Shown: piece by piece, positions 53,730 through 63,833 of the stretch
Numbering within the stretch: position 1 is the stretch's first letter
How the letters are laid out: each line of letters starts with the position of its first letter
Source of the DNA: an uncultured Alphaproteobacteria bacterium
GTDB taxonomy: Bacteria; Pseudomonadota; Alphaproteobacteria; Sphingomonadales; Sphingomonadaceae
Assembly: GCA_963701615.1 (NCBI GenBank)
Contig: OY969615.1
Span: 3,212,525-3,276,524, forward strand
Direction of reading: 5' to 3'
DNA: 64,000 nucleotides
Made by a program: the position numbers and the translations under genes
Notes under the pieces: generated by a model
What the model was told of the DNA's origin: nothing
Seen by the model: the letters and a program-made list of their open reading frames with translations, nothing else
Database searches by the model: none

Positions 53730-54939
53730 GGCATCTGAGCCCCATCGCCCGCAAGCATGTCCCGGGCGCGGCCGGGGGGCCGGCCGCGCGCTGCCGCGGC
53801 TCGCCGCGCTGGCCATGCTCGCGGTTGCGATCGCCGGCTGCGTCCCGCGCTCGCGGCCCGCGCCGCCGCCGCCGCCGGTGGAGCCGGTCGTCGAGCCCGA
53901 GCGCCCGCCGCCGCCGAGCCGGCTTCCGGCCGACGAGACCCGCAACCGGGTGGCGGTGCTGGTGCCGCTCACCGGCGGCAACGCCGCTTTGGGCCAGTCG
54001 ATCCTGAACGCCGCCAACCTCGCTTTGCTCGACACCGGCGGCCAGCGCATCCGGATCACCGCCTACGACACCGCCCCCGGCGCGGTGCCGGCGGTCAACG
54101 AGGCGCTTGCCGAGGGCAACGGCCTGATCCTCGGGCCGCTGCTCGCCGAGGACGTCCGCGCGGTGGCCGCGGTTGCGCGCCGGGCCGACGTGCCGGTGGT
54201 CGCTTTCTCCAACGATGTCAGCGTCGCCGGCGAGGGCGTCTATGTGATGGGCATCACCCCCCGCCAGTCGATCGGCCGGGTGGTCGCCTTCGCCCGGTCG
54301 CGCGGCGCCGCCCGCTTCGGCGCTCTGGTGCCGATGAACGTCTACGGCCAGCGCGCCGGCCAGGCGATGACCGCCGCCGTCGAAGGCGCCGGCGGGCGGC
54401 TGGTCGCCGTCCAGGCGTTCGACCGCGGCCCGGGGAATCCGGCGGCCGCCGCCGCGCGCCTGAACGGCCAGGGCCCGTATGACGCGGTGCTGATCGCGGA
54501 TGGGTCCCGGATCGCGCTGCAGGCGGCGCCGGTGGTGCGCCAGGCGTCGCCGCAGCCGCGCATCCTCGCCACCGAATTGTGGGCGACCGAGGCCAATATC
54601 GGCGCCAATGTCGGCTTGCGCGGCGCCTGGTTCGCGGCGCCGTCGGACGGCCTGTTCAACCAGTTCCGCACCCGCTACCGCGCCCGATACAACAACAATC
54701 CGTTCCGGTTGGCGAGCCTCGGCTACGATGCGGTGCTGCTCGCCGTGCGGGTCGCGGCCAACTGGCCGGTCGGTCGGCCGTTCCCGGAACGGGCGCTGCT
54801 CGACGCGACCGGCTTCAGCGGCGTCGACGGCGCTTTCCGCTTCGGCCGCGACGGCCTCGCCGACCGCGCGCTCGAGGTGCGCGAAGTGACCGCGACCGGA
54901 ACGAGCGTGGTTTCGCCCGCGCCGCGCGGCTTCAACTGA
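53728..54939 (+). CDS. penicillin-binding protein activator (LpoA/LppC-like lipoprotein); start uncertain
   Basis: Lipobox AIAGC, VAVLVPLTG, LILGPLLA, LGYDA, FSGVDG.FRF; divergent from rsmI. Confidence 0.85.
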   Translation: MASEPHRPQACPGRGRGAGRALPRLAALAMLAVAIAGCVPRSRPAPPPPPVEPVVEPERPPPPSRLPADETRNRVAVLVPLTGGNAALGQSILNAANLALLDTGGQRIRITAYDTAPGAVPAVNEALAEGNGLILGPLLAEDVRAVAAVARRADVPVVAFSNDVSVAGEGVYVMGITPRQSIGRVVAFARSRGAARFGALVPMNVYGQRAGQAMTAAVEGAGGRLVAVQAFDRGPGNPAAAAARLNGQGPYDAVLIADGSRIALQAAPVVRQASPQPRILATELWATEANIGANVGLRGAWFAAPSDGLFNQFRTRYRARYNNNPFRLASLGYDAVLLAVRVAANWPVGRPFPERALLDATGFSGVDGAFRFGRDGLADRALEVREVTATGTSVVSPAPRGFN

Positions 54940-54960
54940 CGAAGGCGCAACCGCGCCTTC

Positions 54961-54997
54961 GTCACCCCGGCGCAGGCCGGGGTCCAGTCCGGATGAC
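54961..54997. repeat. short REP-like element, family 1
   Basis: GTCACCCCGGCGCAGGCCGGGGTCC...GGATGAC. Confidence 0.7.
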
Positions 54998-54999
54998 GA

Positions 55000-56277
55000 T
55001 CAGCTGTTCACGATCTCGGCGAGGATCGCATCGAGGAGGAGCCGGCCGCCGGCGGTGACGTGGAGGCGCTCGCCGCTTCGCTCGACCAGGCCGAGAGCGG
55101 AGAGCCGGCCGAACGCCTGCCAGTCGATCAGCGCCGCGGCGTCGCGCCCGGCGAGCGTCGCGATGCGGGAAAGGTCGACGCCTTCGGCCAGCCGGAGGCC
55201 CATCAGCAGCGCCTCGACGCCGCGGTCGGCGGGCGCGATCTCGATCTCCTCGGCGATGCCGTGGCGGTTGCGGCCGAGCGCCGCCAGCCAGTTCTCCGGC
55301 TTCTTGTGGCGCCGGGTGGCGCGGCCGTTCCGCCGGCCGTGGGCGCCGGGGCCGATGCCGGCATAAGGCGCGTAGCGCCAGTAAGCGAGATTGTGGCGGC
55401 TCTCCTCGCCGGGAAAGGCGTGGTTGGAGATTTCGTAGGCGGGGAGCCCGCGCATGGCGGTGATCTCCTGCGTCGTCTCCCACAGCGCCGCGCTGTCCTC
55501 GGGGTCGGCGGGGACGAGATCGCCCCTGGCCGCCATCGCGGCGAAGCGCGTGCCGGGCTCGATGGTGAGCTGGTAGAGCGACATGTGGGTCGTGCCGAAC
55601 GAAAGCGCCTGCCGCAATTCGGCCTGCCATTCGTCCCGGCTCTGGCCGGGCAGCGCGTAGATGAGGTCGAAGCTGACCCGGCGGAACACCGACTGGGCGG
55701 TGCCCAGGGCCATCAGGCCCTCGTCGACATCGTGGGCGCGGCCGAGGAAACGCAATGCCTCGTCGTCGAGCGCCTGGAGGCCGAGCGACACCCGGTTGAC
55801 GCCGGCGGCGGCGAGGTCGGCGAAGCGGGCCGCCTCGACCGAGGACGGGTTCGCTTCCAGCGTGATCTCGATGCCCGGCGCGAAGCCCCAATGCGCCTCG
55901 GCCGCCTCGATCAAGGCCGCGACCGTCGCCGCCGGCATCAGCGAGGGCGTGCCGCCGCCGAAGAAGATCGAGCCCAGCCGCCGGCCGGGCGTTTCCCGCG
56001 CCTCGTGCGCGAGATCGGCGAGCAGCGCCGCGCGCCACCTTTCCTGGTCGACGGTCTCGCGGACATGGCTGTTGAAGTCGCAATAGGGGCATTTCGAGAC
56101 GCAGAACGGCCAGTGGATATACAGGGCCAGTCCCCCCTCCCCTTCAGGAGTTCGGGAGCCCTTTGCCCTGTCCGGGGGACAGGGCTGCTCCCGAACTGGG
56201 CCGGGGGTGGGGGAGTCGTGGGAGGCCTGCTCGGCCCCACCCCAAACCCCTCCCCTGAAGGGGAGGGGCTTAGTCAC
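55000..56277 (-). CDS. hemW: radical SAM heme chaperone HemW with repeat-derived N-terminal extension
   Basis: [34 protein letters not shown]; GTG at 56277 overlaps the rdgB TGA. Confidence 0.92.
   Translation of the reverse strand: MTKPLPFRGGVWGGAEQASHDSPTPGPVREQPCPPDRAKGSRTPEGEGGLALYIHWPFCVSKCPYCDFNSHVRETVDQERWRAALLADLAHEARETPGRRLGSIFFGGGTPSLMPAATVAALIEAAEAHWGFAPGIEITLEANPSSVEAARFADLAAAGVNRVSLGLQALDDEALRFLGRAHDVDEGLMALGTAQSVFRRVSFDLIYALPGQSRDEWQAELRQALSFGTTHMSLYQLTIEPGTRFAAMAARGDLVPADPEDSAALWETTQEITAMRGLPAYEISNHAFPGEESRHNLAYWRYAPYAGIGPGAHGRRNGRATRRHKKPENWLAALGRNRHGIAEEIEIAPADRGVEALLMGLRLAEGVDLSRIATLAGRDAAALIDWQAFGRLSALGLVERSGERLHVTAGGRLLLDAILAEIVNS
56134..56268. repeat. 135-bp palindromic element (family 2) in frame within the hemW 5' end
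   Basis: Perfect 15-bp arms CCCCTCCCCTTCAGG / CCTGAAGGGGAGGGG; nested AGTTCGGGAGC/GCTCCCGAACT pair. Confidence 0.8.
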
Positions 56278-56921
56278 TGGATCAACGCCGCCACCAGCTT
56301 GCGGAACGCGTCGGCGCGGTGGCTGATGGCGTGCTTTTCGGCCGGGTCCATCTCGCCGAAGGTGAGCTCGCGGCCGGCGGGGACGAAGATCGGATCGTAG
56401 CCGAAGCCTTTGTCCCCGCGCGGCGGCCAGACGAGAATGCCGTCGACCCGGCCCTCGAACCATTCGCTGTGGCCGTCGGGCCAGCACAGCGCGAGCGCGC
56501 AGACGAAATGGGCGTTGCGGCTCGCCTCGGGGCCGAGCGCCGCCAGCTCGTCCTCGACCCTGGCCATGGCGAGGCCGAAGTCGCGGGCGCCCTGCAGCTC
56601 GCCGGGGCCGGCGTCGGGCGGCACGTGCGGGTCGGCGAGCGCCCAGCGCGCCGAGAAGATGCCGGGCCGGTCGCCGAGCGCCTCGACGCAAAGCCCGCTG
56701 TCGTCGGCGAGGGCAGGGAGGCCGGAAAGGTCCGCCGCCGCCCGCGCCTTGAGGTCGGCATTGTCGATGAAGGTCGTGCCGATCTCGTCGGGCTCGGGCA
56801 GGCCGAGCTCGGCCGCGGACACCGGGTCGATGCCGTAGGGCCCGAGCAGCTCCCGGATCTCGCGCACCTTGCCCGCATTGTGGCTGGCGAGGACCAGCCT
56901 TCCCGCCTCGAGCTTCCTCAC
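56274..56921 (-). CDS. rdgB: dITP/XTP pyrophosphatase
   Basis: [36 protein letters not shown]. Confidence 0.95.
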   Translation of the reverse strand: MRKLEAGRLVLASHNAGKVREIRELLGPYGIDPVSAAELGLPEPDEIGTTFIDNADLKARAAADLSGLPALADDSGLCVEALGDRPGIFSARWALADPHVPPDAGPGELQGARDFGLAMARVEDELAALGPEASRNAHFVCALALCWPDGHSEWFEGRVDGILVWPPRGDKGFGYDPIFVPAGRELTFGEMDPAEKHAISHRADAFRKLVAALIQ

Positions 56922-57634
56922 CGGCCGGTCGCTTTGTCCTGCGCCGCGAAAATCTCCGCGCAGCCGATGCGGGCGAGGCGGAGCAGCCTCAAGAGGCCTT
57001 CCTCGTCGAAGCACTCGCCCTCGGCGGTGATCTGCGCCTCGACCAGCTTGCCGTCGTCGGTCAGCACGAAATTGCCGTCGCAGCCGGCCGAGCTGTCCTC
57101 GGCATAATCGAGGTCGAGCACGGCATCGCCGGCATGGATGCCGCAGCTCACCGCCGCGACCCGCTGCCGGATCGGGTCGGCCTCGATCGCCTTCTTCTTG
57201 ATCAGGCCGTCGACCGCCAGCCGCAAGGCGACCCAGGCGCCGGATATGGCCGCGGTGCGGGTGCCGCCGTCGGCCTGGATGACGTCGCAGTCCAGAGTGA
57301 CCTGGCGCTCGCCGAGCTTTTCCATGTCGACCACGGCGCGCAGCGACCGCCCGATCAGCCGCTGGATCTCCTGGGTCCGGCCCGATTGCTTGCCGCCCGC
57401 CGCCTCGCGCCGCCCGCGCGTATGGGTCGCGCGCGGCAGCATGCCATATTCGGCGGTCACCCAGCCGCGTCCCTTGCCGCGCAGCCAGGCGGGGAGATTG
57501 GTCTCGACCGAGGCGGTGCACAGCACCCGCGTGTCGCCGAAGCCGACCAGGCAGCTGCCTTCGGCGTGGCGGGTGAAGCCGGGCTCCATGTCGATGGTGC
57601 GCATCTGGTCTGGCGCACGGCCTGAAGGACGCAT
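56918..57634 (-). CDS. rph: ribonuclease PH
   Basis: [44 protein letters not shown]. Confidence 0.97.
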   Translation of the reverse strand: MRPSGRAPDQMRTIDMEPGFTRHAEGSCLVGFGDTRVLCTASVETNLPAWLRGKGRGWVTAEYGMLPRATHTRGRREAAGGKQSGRTQEIQRLIGRSLRAVVDMEKLGERQVTLDCDVIQADGGTRTAAISGAWVALRLAVDGLIKKKAIEADPIRQRVAAVSCGIHAGDAVLDLDYAEDSSAGCDGNFVLTDDGKLVEAQITAEGECFDEEGLLRLLRLARIGCAEIFAAQDKATGR

Positions 57635-57733
57635 AGAAACTCCTGGATGTCGGGGGCGGGCTTTAGCCAATGCGGTGCGGCCATGCCAGCCTCTTGCCGC
57701 CGGGACCCGCATCGCGTTCGCAAGGGGGTGCAT

Positions 57734-57937
57734 ATGACCATCATCAGGCTGCTGCTGACGCTCGCCGGCATCCTCGCCGTGCTGGTCGGGCTGCTCTGGG
57801 TGGGGCAGGGGACGGGCCTGGTCCGCTGGCCGGCCGAGAGCTTCATGATCGGCCTTTCCGACTGGACGCTGCGCGGCGCCCTCCTCGCCCTCGTCGGCCT
57901 GGCGCTGATCTGGCTCGGCCGCCGCCGCCGGCCGTGA
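57734..57937 (+). CDS. small membrane protein
   Basis: G.LW.GQG.G....P..SFMI pattern; two TM helices. Confidence 0.75.
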   Translation: MTIIRLLLTLAGILAVLVGLLWVGQGTGLVRWPAESFMIGLSDWTLRGALLALVGLALIWLGRRRRP

Positions 57938-57953
57938 GCGCTCCAGACCGCGG

Positions 57954-57981
57954 TTGAGCGGGCCTCCCGGCGCGCCTACAT
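57954..57981 (+). promoter_or_regulatory. RpoH (sigma32)-type promoter of hrcA-grpE
   Basis: TTGAG-N16-CCTACAT, ending 8 nt before the hrcA ATG; resembles the alphaproteobacterial CTTG/CCTAYAT consensus. Confidence 0.55.
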
Positions 57982-57989
57982 CCGGGTGC

Positions 57990-59030
57990 ATGACGACCAG
58001 CATCGGCGAGATGAGCGACCGTGCCCGGGACGTGTTCCGGATGGTGGTCGAGGCCTATCTGGAGAGCGGCCATCCGATCGGCTCGCGCACCATCTCGCGC
58101 ATTTCGGGCCTCAACCTGTCGCCGGCGTCGATCCGCAACGTCATGCAGGATCTCGAGGAATCGGGCCTGCTCGCGGCGCCGCACACCTCCGCCGGGCGGG
58201 TGCCGACCGACACCGGCCTCAGGCTGTTCGTCGACGGGATCATGCAGGTCGCCGAGCCGCGCGCCGAGGACCGGGCGGCGATCGAGGCGCTGATCGACCG
58301 GAGCGGGCCGATCGAGGAGGCGATCAGCGCCGCCACCGCCGCTCTGTCGGGCCTCTCCGCCTGCGCCGGCATCGTGCTGGTGCCCAAGGAGGAGCCGGCG
58401 CTGCGCCAGCTCGCCTTCGTGCCCCTGTCGGCGGGCCAGGCGGTGGCGGTGGTGGTCGGCAGCGACGGCAGCGTCGAGAACCGCGTCGTCGACCTTCCCG
58501 CCGGCGTCACCGCCTCGACCCTCGCCGAGGTCGGCAATTACGTCAGCGCCCGGCTGTCCGGCCTGACCCTCAGGGAGGCGCAGGCGCGGCTCGGCGAGGA
58601 GATCAATGCCGGCCAGGCGGCGCTCGGCCGGGCCGCGCAGGAGCTGGTCGCGCGGGGCCTCGCCATCTGGTCGGAGGACGGGACGCGCCGGCCGGTGCTG
58701 ATCGTGCGCGGCCAGGCCAACCTCATCGACGAGAATGCGGCCGCCGACCTCGAGCGCGTCCGCCAGCTGCTCGACGAGCTCGAAGGCAAGGAAGAGATCG
58801 CCCGCCTGCTCGATCAGGCGCGGGCCGGCGCGGCGATGAAGATTTTCATCGGATCGGAGAACGCCTTGTTTGCGTTGTCCGGCTCGTCGGTTATTGCCGC
58901 CCCCTATCGCGGCGGCGACGGCAAGGTGGTCGGCGTCGTCGGCGTCATCGGCCCCACCCGGTTGAACTATGCGCGGGTGGTGCCCATGGTTGATTTCACC
59001 GCGAAGGCATTATCGAGATTGCTCAGATGA
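57990..59030 (+). CDS. hrcA: heat-inducible transcription repressor
   Basis: [41 protein letters not shown]. Confidence 0.96.
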   Translation: MTTSIGEMSDRARDVFRMVVEAYLESGHPIGSRTISRISGLNLSPASIRNVMQDLEESGLLAAPHTSAGRVPTDTGLRLFVDGIMQVAEPRAEDRAAIEALIDRSGPIEEAISAATAALSGLSACAGIVLVPKEEPALRQLAFVPLSAGQAVAVVVGSDGSVENRVVDLPAGVTASTLAEVGNYVSARLSGLTLREAQARLGEEINAGQAALGRAAQELVARGLAIWSEDGTRRPVLIVRGQANLIDENAAADLERVRQLLDELEGKEEIARLLDQARAGAAMKIFIGSENALFALSGSSVIAAPYRGGDGKVVGVVGVIGPTRLNYARVVPMVDFTAKALSRLLR

Positions 59031-59554
59031 ACGAAGACGAACAGAAGATCGACGAGGGCGAGATCGACCTCGATGGCGAGCTCAACCTCGACCGGCTGGG
59101 CGAGCTCGAGAAGGAGCTGGAGGAGGTGCGCCAGCACGTCCTCTACGCCCAGGCCGAGACCCAGAACGTCCGCCGCCGGCTCGAGCAGGAGAAGGTCAAC
59201 GCGGCCCAATATGCCGCCACCGCCTTCGCCCGCGACATGCTGTCGGTGAAGGACAATCTCGAACGCGCCCTGGCGGCGGTCCCCGAGGACCTGCGCGAGG
59301 ACGAACGGATGAAGGGCCTGGTCGCCGGCATCGAAGCGACCGGGCGCGAGCTCGACAGCGCCTTCCAGCGCCACGGCATCGTCCGGATCGAGGCGATGGG
59401 CGAGAAGCTCGACCCGAACCGCCACCAGGCGATGCTCGAAGTCCCCAGCGCCGAGGCCGAAGCGGGCACCATCGTCCAGGAGATGCAGTCCGGCTACACG
59501 ATCAAGGACCGGCTGCTGCGGCCGGCCTTGGTGGGGGTGGCGAAAAAGGGCTGA
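59027..59554 (+). CDS. grpE: nucleotide exchange factor GrpE
   Basis: AE.QN.RRR, DNLERAL, DPN.HQAM, GY.I.DRLLRPA.V.V. Confidence 0.96.
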   Translation: MNEDEQKIDEGEIDLDGELNLDRLGELEKELEEVRQHVLYAQAETQNVRRRLEQEKVNAAQYAATAFARDMLSVKDNLERALAAVPEDLREDERMKGLVAGIEATGRELDSAFQRHGIVRIEAMGEKLDPNRHQAMLEVPSAEAEAGTIVQEMQSGYTIKDRLLRPALVGVAKKG

Positions 59555-59596
59555 GCGGCGGCTCGGCCAGACCCGAAGAGGCCAGCGGGCGCGAGC

Positions 59597-60247
59597 ATGT
59601 GGAGGAATCTCGCCAGGCGGCTGCTCGACCGCGTCCGGGCCTTCCGCTCGTCCCGCTACTGGGAGCGCCGCTACCGCGCCGGCGGCAATTCGGGCGCCGG
59701 CTCTTATGGCCGGCTGGCCGCGTTCAAGGCCGAGATCCTCAACCGCTTCGTCGAGGAGCGGGGCATCCGCACCGTCATCGAGCTCGGCTGCGGCGATGGC
59801 GCCCAGCTCGCCCTCGCGCATTATCCCTCTTATCTCGGCGTCGACGTGTCGCCCGCGGCAATCGCCTTGTGCCGGGACCGGTTCGGCGGCGATCCGACCA
59901 GGCGCTTCGCCGTCGCTCCGCCCGGCGGAAAGCGGTTCGACCTCGCCCTGTCGCTCGACGTCGTCTACCATCTGGTCGAGGACGAGGTCTTCCACGCTTA
60001 TATGGAGCGGCTGTTCGACAGCGCTTCGGCCTGGGTGGTGGTCTATGCCAGCAACATGACGCAGGCGGAGTTCCGCGGCCCGGGCGCGCGTCATGTGCGG
60101 CACCGCCGCTTCACCGACTGGGTGGCCCGGTTCCGGCCGGATTGGGCGCTGGCCGAAACGGTGCCCAACCGTTTCCCCTACGACGCCGCCGATCCCGACC
60201 ACAGCTCGTTTGCGGATTTCTACATCTTCCGCAACAACGCCGGTTGA
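59597..60247 (+). CDS. class I SAM-dependent methyltransferase
   Basis: YW..RY..GGNSG.GS, ELGCGDG, GVDVS, SLDVVYHLVED. Confidence 0.85.
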   Translation: MWRNLARRLLDRVRAFRSSRYWERRYRAGGNSGAGSYGRLAAFKAEILNRFVEERGIRTVIELGCGDGAQLALAHYPSYLGVDVSPAAIALCRDRFGGDPTRRFAVAPPGGKRFDLALSLDVVYHLVEDEVFHAYMERLFDSASAWVVVYASNMTQAEFRGPGARHVRHRRFTDWVARFRPDWALAETVPNRFPYDAADPDHSSFADFYIFRNNAG

Positions 60248-61107
60248 TGGATTTCGGGCTGAAGCGGGCAGGTTCCTGGGCGAGGACGGCGGTCGGCGCC
60301 GTGCGGGCGCGCGCGGCCCTGCGCCGCGCCTATCGGGCGATCGCCTCCTTTCCGCGCCACCGCGGCGCGCGCCACGATCTGCCGGCGGAGCTGGTCGTCT
60401 CGCTGACCTCCTTCCCGCCGCGCTATCCGACGCTGGCGCTGACGCTCAAAAGCCTCCTCGACCAGAATGTGGCGCCGGACCGCGTCGTGCTGTGGATCGC
60501 CGAGGCCGACATGGCGGCGCTCCCCGCCGGCGTCCTCGCCCTGCGCGCGCACGGGCTGGAGATCCGCGGCTGCGCCGACCACGGCAGCTACGACAAGATC
60601 ATCCACGCGCTGGAGCACTGGCCCCGCGCCTTCATCGTCACGGCGGACGACGACGTCTATTACGGGCCGAGCTGGCTCGAGACGTTGGTGCGGGGATTCG
60701 ATCCGGGGCGGCCGGCGATCGTCTGCCGCCGCGCCTACCGGCCGCGCCGCGACGCGCGCGGCGCCATGCTGCCCTATCATAGCTGGCGGCGCTGCGCCGG
60801 ATCGGCCGGCGCGCCTTCGGCGACCGAGATTTTCCCGACCGGCGTCGGCGGCGTGCTCTATCCGCCGGGGCTGCTGGCGGACGAGGTGACGGACCGCACG
60901 CTGTTTACGAAGCTGTGCCCCCATGGCGACGATCTGTGGCTCTACTGGATGGGCCGGCGGGCGGGGGCGACCTACCTGCAGGTCGGGCCGAGATTCCTGG
61001 AGATCGTGTGGCCCGGCAGCCAGGAGCGATCCCTGTTCGCCGAGAACGTGAAAGGGCGGAACGACCGCCAGATCCGGGCGCTCGAGGGCCATTTCGGGCC
61101 GGTTTGA
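60247..61107 (+). CDS. glycosyltransferase family A-like protein
   Basis: VSLTSFPPR, SYDKI, TADDDVYY, GVGGVLYPP, DDLW; ATG overlaps the upstream TGA. Confidence 0.8.
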   Translation: MDFGLKRAGSWARTAVGAVRARAALRRAYRAIASFPRHRGARHDLPAELVVSLTSFPPRYPTLALTLKSLLDQNVAPDRVVLWIAEADMAALPAGVLALRAHGLEIRGCADHGSYDKIIHALEHWPRAFIVTADDDVYYGPSWLETLVRGFDPGRPAIVCRRAYRPRRDARGAMLPYHSWRRCAGSAGAPSATEIFPTGVGGVLYPPGLLADEVTDRTLFTKLCPHGDDLWLYWMGRRAGATYLQVGPRFLEIVWPGSQERSLFAENVKGRNDRQIRALEGHFGPV

Positions 61108-61166
61108 CCGCGGGCGGGGGAAAAGAAAAAGCTGGATTCCCGCCTTCGCGGGCATGACGATGGGCA

Positions 61167-62348
61167 ATGGCCCGCTTTCTCCTCCTCTGCCTGCTGCTCA
61201 CCGGCTGCGCGACCGGCGCCGGGCGGCAGGCGGCGCCCGCTTATGCCTGGGCGACGTTCGACCGCACGGGCATCACCGCAGCCGGTTCATCGGGCCTTGC
61301 CGACCGCGCGCGCGGTCGCCGGCTGACGATCGACGACCCGGTGCGGATCGCGTCGATCACCAAGCTGGTGGTGGCGCTCGGCGTGATGCGGCTGGTGGAA
61401 GAGGGGAAGCTCGATCTCGACCGCGATGTCTCCGACGCTCTCGGCTGGAGCCTGCGCAACCCGGCCTTTCCCGACCGGCCGATCACCTTGCGGCTGCTGC
61501 TGTCGCACCGGTCGTCGCTGAAGGACGATATCGACTATGCGATCCCGCTCGGCACGACCCTGCGCGCCGCGCTCGCCGATCCGCGGGCGTTCGACCCGGC
61601 CCATCCGCCCGGCGCCTGGTTCCGCTATGCCAATCTCGGCTTCCCGGTCGTCGCCGCGGTGATGGAGCGCGCTTCGGGCGAGCGCTTCGACCGGCTGATG
61701 GAACGGCTTGTGCTGCAGCCGCTGGGGCTCGACGCCTGCTTCAACTGGACCACCTGCAGCCAGGACGATCTGGCGCGGGCGGTGGTGCTCTACGATGGCG
61801 AAGGCCGCGCCATCCGCGACGATCTCGGCGGGCGGCCGCCCGCCTGCCCGGTGCTGGCGCCGGAGGGCGTCGCCTGCGATCTCGCATCCTACGAGCTGGG
61901 CAGCAACGGCGCGCTCTTCTCGCCGCAGGGCGGATTGCGCATTTCCGCGCGCGACCTCGCGGCGGTGGGCCGGTTGCTGCTCAACGAGGGACGCCATCGG
62001 GGTGCCCGCTTCCTCAGCGCGGACAGCATCCGCGAAATCGTCACCGCGGCCTGGCGGTTTGGCGGCGGCAATGGCGAGACCGACAGCGGCTTCTACTGCG
62101 CCTACGGCCTCGCCGTGCAGAGCCTGCCGGTCGCCGCGCCGGGCTGCCGCGACGATTTGTTCGGCGACGGCCGGGCGGTGTCCGGCCATGCCGGCGACGC
62201 CTACGGCGTCCGCTCGGGCCTCTGGATCGACGCCGGGCGCGGCGTCGGCATCGCCTATTTCGCCACCGGCAATGGCGAGGATCCGCCGCGCGGCCGCTCG
62301 GCCTATCGCGCGATCGAGGAGAGGCTGGCCGGGCGGCTCGGCCGCTAG
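61167..62348 (+). CDS. serine hydrolase (beta-lactamase/PBP-like) lipoprotein
   Basis: LLTGC lipobox, ASITK (SxxK), RYAN (YxN), GHAGD. Confidence 0.88.
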   Translation: MARFLLLCLLLTGCATGAGRQAAPAYAWATFDRTGITAAGSSGLADRARGRRLTIDDPVRIASITKLVVALGVMRLVEEGKLDLDRDVSDALGWSLRNPAFPDRPITLRLLLSHRSSLKDDIDYAIPLGTTLRAALADPRAFDPAHPPGAWFRYANLGFPVVAAVMERASGERFDRLMERLVLQPLGLDACFNWTTCSQDDLARAVVLYDGEGRAIRDDLGGRPPACPVLAPEGVACDLASYELGSNGALFSPQGGLRISARDLAAVGRLLLNEGRHRGARFLSADSIREIVTAAWRFGGGNGETDSGFYCAYGLAVQSLPVAAPGCRDDLFGDGRAVSGHAGDAYGVRSGLWIDAGRGVGIAYFATGNGEDPPRGRSAYRAIEERLAGRLGR

Positions 62349-62519
62349 GGTGTATCGGCATTCAGGTTCGTCGGACGGAAAAGCCCTCTTCCCGCCGGGG
62401 AGAGGGGCTGCTGCCGGCGCCTCGAACGAATGCCGATACGGCCAGCGCCCGACGCCGCGATTGCAATCTCCGCCGCCGGGCCTATCCCGGGAGCCCGATC
62501 TCCGGGCGGAAGGATCGCC

Positions 62520-62861
62520 ATGATCAACCGTATCCTGCTGGCGGCTCTGGCCGCCGCGATCTTCCTCGGCGCGGGGGCCTATACGCTCGGCCTGCTGAAC
62601 GAGCGGAGCCTGAGGCTCGCCGAAGTGACCACGGACGTCTGCTATTCGCGCCACGGCATCGGCCTCGTCGCCGCGCCGTCGGTGCCCGAGGCGATCCGGC
62701 GCGAGTGCGCGCAGCCGATGCGGGATTATGCTTCGGCCCAGCCCTGGCGCTACGTGTTCGCCGCGGCCACCGGCGCCACCGCTGCGCTGCTCGTCGTCGG
62801 CGGCATCGTCATCCTCGTTCGCCGGCGGCGGCGGCAACCGGCCGTCCCTTTGGGGCGTTGA
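62520..62861 (+). CDS. hypothetical two-TM protein
   Basis: MINRILLAALAAA...; two hydrophobic segments with a Cys pair between them. Confidence 0.65.
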   Translation: MINRILLAALAAAIFLGAGAYTLGLLNERSLRLAEVTTDVCYSRHGIGLVAAPSVPEAIRRECAQPMRDYASAQPWRYVFAAATGATAALLVVGGIVILVRRRRRQPAVPLGR

Positions 62862-62901
62862 CGCCTTGACACAGAGGAAATCCCGACCGATCAGGAACGC
62901 A

Positions 62902-62961
62902 ATGCGCAGCGCAATCGCCTCGACCTATTATTATCGGCTCGCCCGGGCGGGACCGATCTGA
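62902..62961 (+). CDS. Tyr-rich attenuator leader peptide MRSAIASTYYYRLARAGPI
   Basis: AGGAA RBS at 62893-62897; TAT TAT TAT at 62926-62934; TGA at 62959-62961. Confidence 0.8.
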   Translation: MRSAIASTYYYRLARAGPI

Positions 62962-62995
62962 CGCGCGCTTAACCAGCCTCGAAGCTCAGAATCGC

Positions 62996-63030
62996 ACCCC
63001 GTCCGGACTTCCGGGCGGGGTTTTTCTTTT
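62996..63030 (+). terminator. intrinsic terminator (attenuator) in the phhA leader
   Basis: ACCCCGTCCGG-ACTT-CCGGGCGGGGT 11-bp stem followed by TTTTCTTTT, 12 nt before the phhA ATG. Confidence 0.88.
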
Positions 63031-63042
63031 CAGGAGAAACCC

Positions 63043-63828
63043 ATGCTGACCGAAACCATCATCGAAGCGAAGAACGCGGACTGGACGATCCCGCAGCATT
63101 GGGAGCGATTCACGCCGGCCGAGCACGCCGTCTGGGACCTGCTGTTCGCCCGCCAGCAGGAGGCGCTGAGGGGCCGCGCGGTGAGCGACTTCTTCCGCGG
63201 CCTCGACGTGCTGCGTCTGTCGAGGCCGGGCATCCCCGACCTGGACGAGCTGAACGAGCGGCTGTTCGCCCGCACCGGCTGGACGATCGTGTCGGTGCCC
63301 GGGCTGGTGCCCGACGACATCTTCTTCGATCATCTGAGCCGGCGCCGCTTCCCCGCCGGCAACTTCATCCGCTCCGCCGACTCGCTCGATTATCTGGAAG
63401 AGCCCGACATGTTCCACGACGTGTTCGGCCATGTGCCGCTGCTCGCCCAGCCGGCGGTCGCCGATTTCATGCAGGAAATGGGCGCGGCGGGGCTGGCGGC
63501 GCTCGAGGCGGGCGCGCTCCACCGGCTGGCGCGGCTCTACTGGTACAGCGTCGAGTTCGGCCTGGCGCGGGAGGAGGGCGAGACCCGCATCTACGGCGCC
63601 GGCCTGCTGTCGAGCTTCGGCGAGAGCCGCTACGCGCTCGACAGCGCCGTCCCCGGCCGGTCGCGCTTCGACCTCGCCCGCGTGCTCCGCACCCGCTATT
63701 GCTCCAGACGCCTTCCAGAAGCCTATTTCGTCATCGACAGCTTCGCCGAGCTGCTGCGGCTGATGCACGAGGCGGATTTGGCCGGGCTCTACGGGCAATT
63801 GGCGAGCACGCCGGACCTTGAGCCCTAA
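63043..63828 (+). CDS. phhA: phenylalanine 4-monooxygenase
   Basis: VPGLVPD..FF.HL..R.FP, YLEEPD.FHDVFGHVP (Fe His ligands), WYSVEFGL (Fe Glu), YGAGLLSS.GE. Confidence 0.93.
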   Translation: MLTETIIEAKNADWTIPQHWERFTPAEHAVWDLLFARQQEALRGRAVSDFFRGLDVLRLSRPGIPDLDELNERLFARTGWTIVSVPGLVPDDIFFDHLSRRRFPAGNFIRSADSLDYLEEPDMFHDVFGHVPLLAQPAVADFMQEMGAAGLAALEAGALHRLARLYWYSVEFGLAREEGETRIYGAGLLSSFGESRYALDSAVPGRSRFDLARVLRTRYCSRRLPEAYFVIDSFAELLRLMHEADLAGLYGQLASTPDLEP

Positions 63829-63833
63829 TTCCT

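Noticed and set aside
57940-57990. CIRCE operator upstream of hrcA/grpE
   Set aside because: No TTAGCACTC-N9-GAGTGCTAA found; only an RpoH-like promoter.
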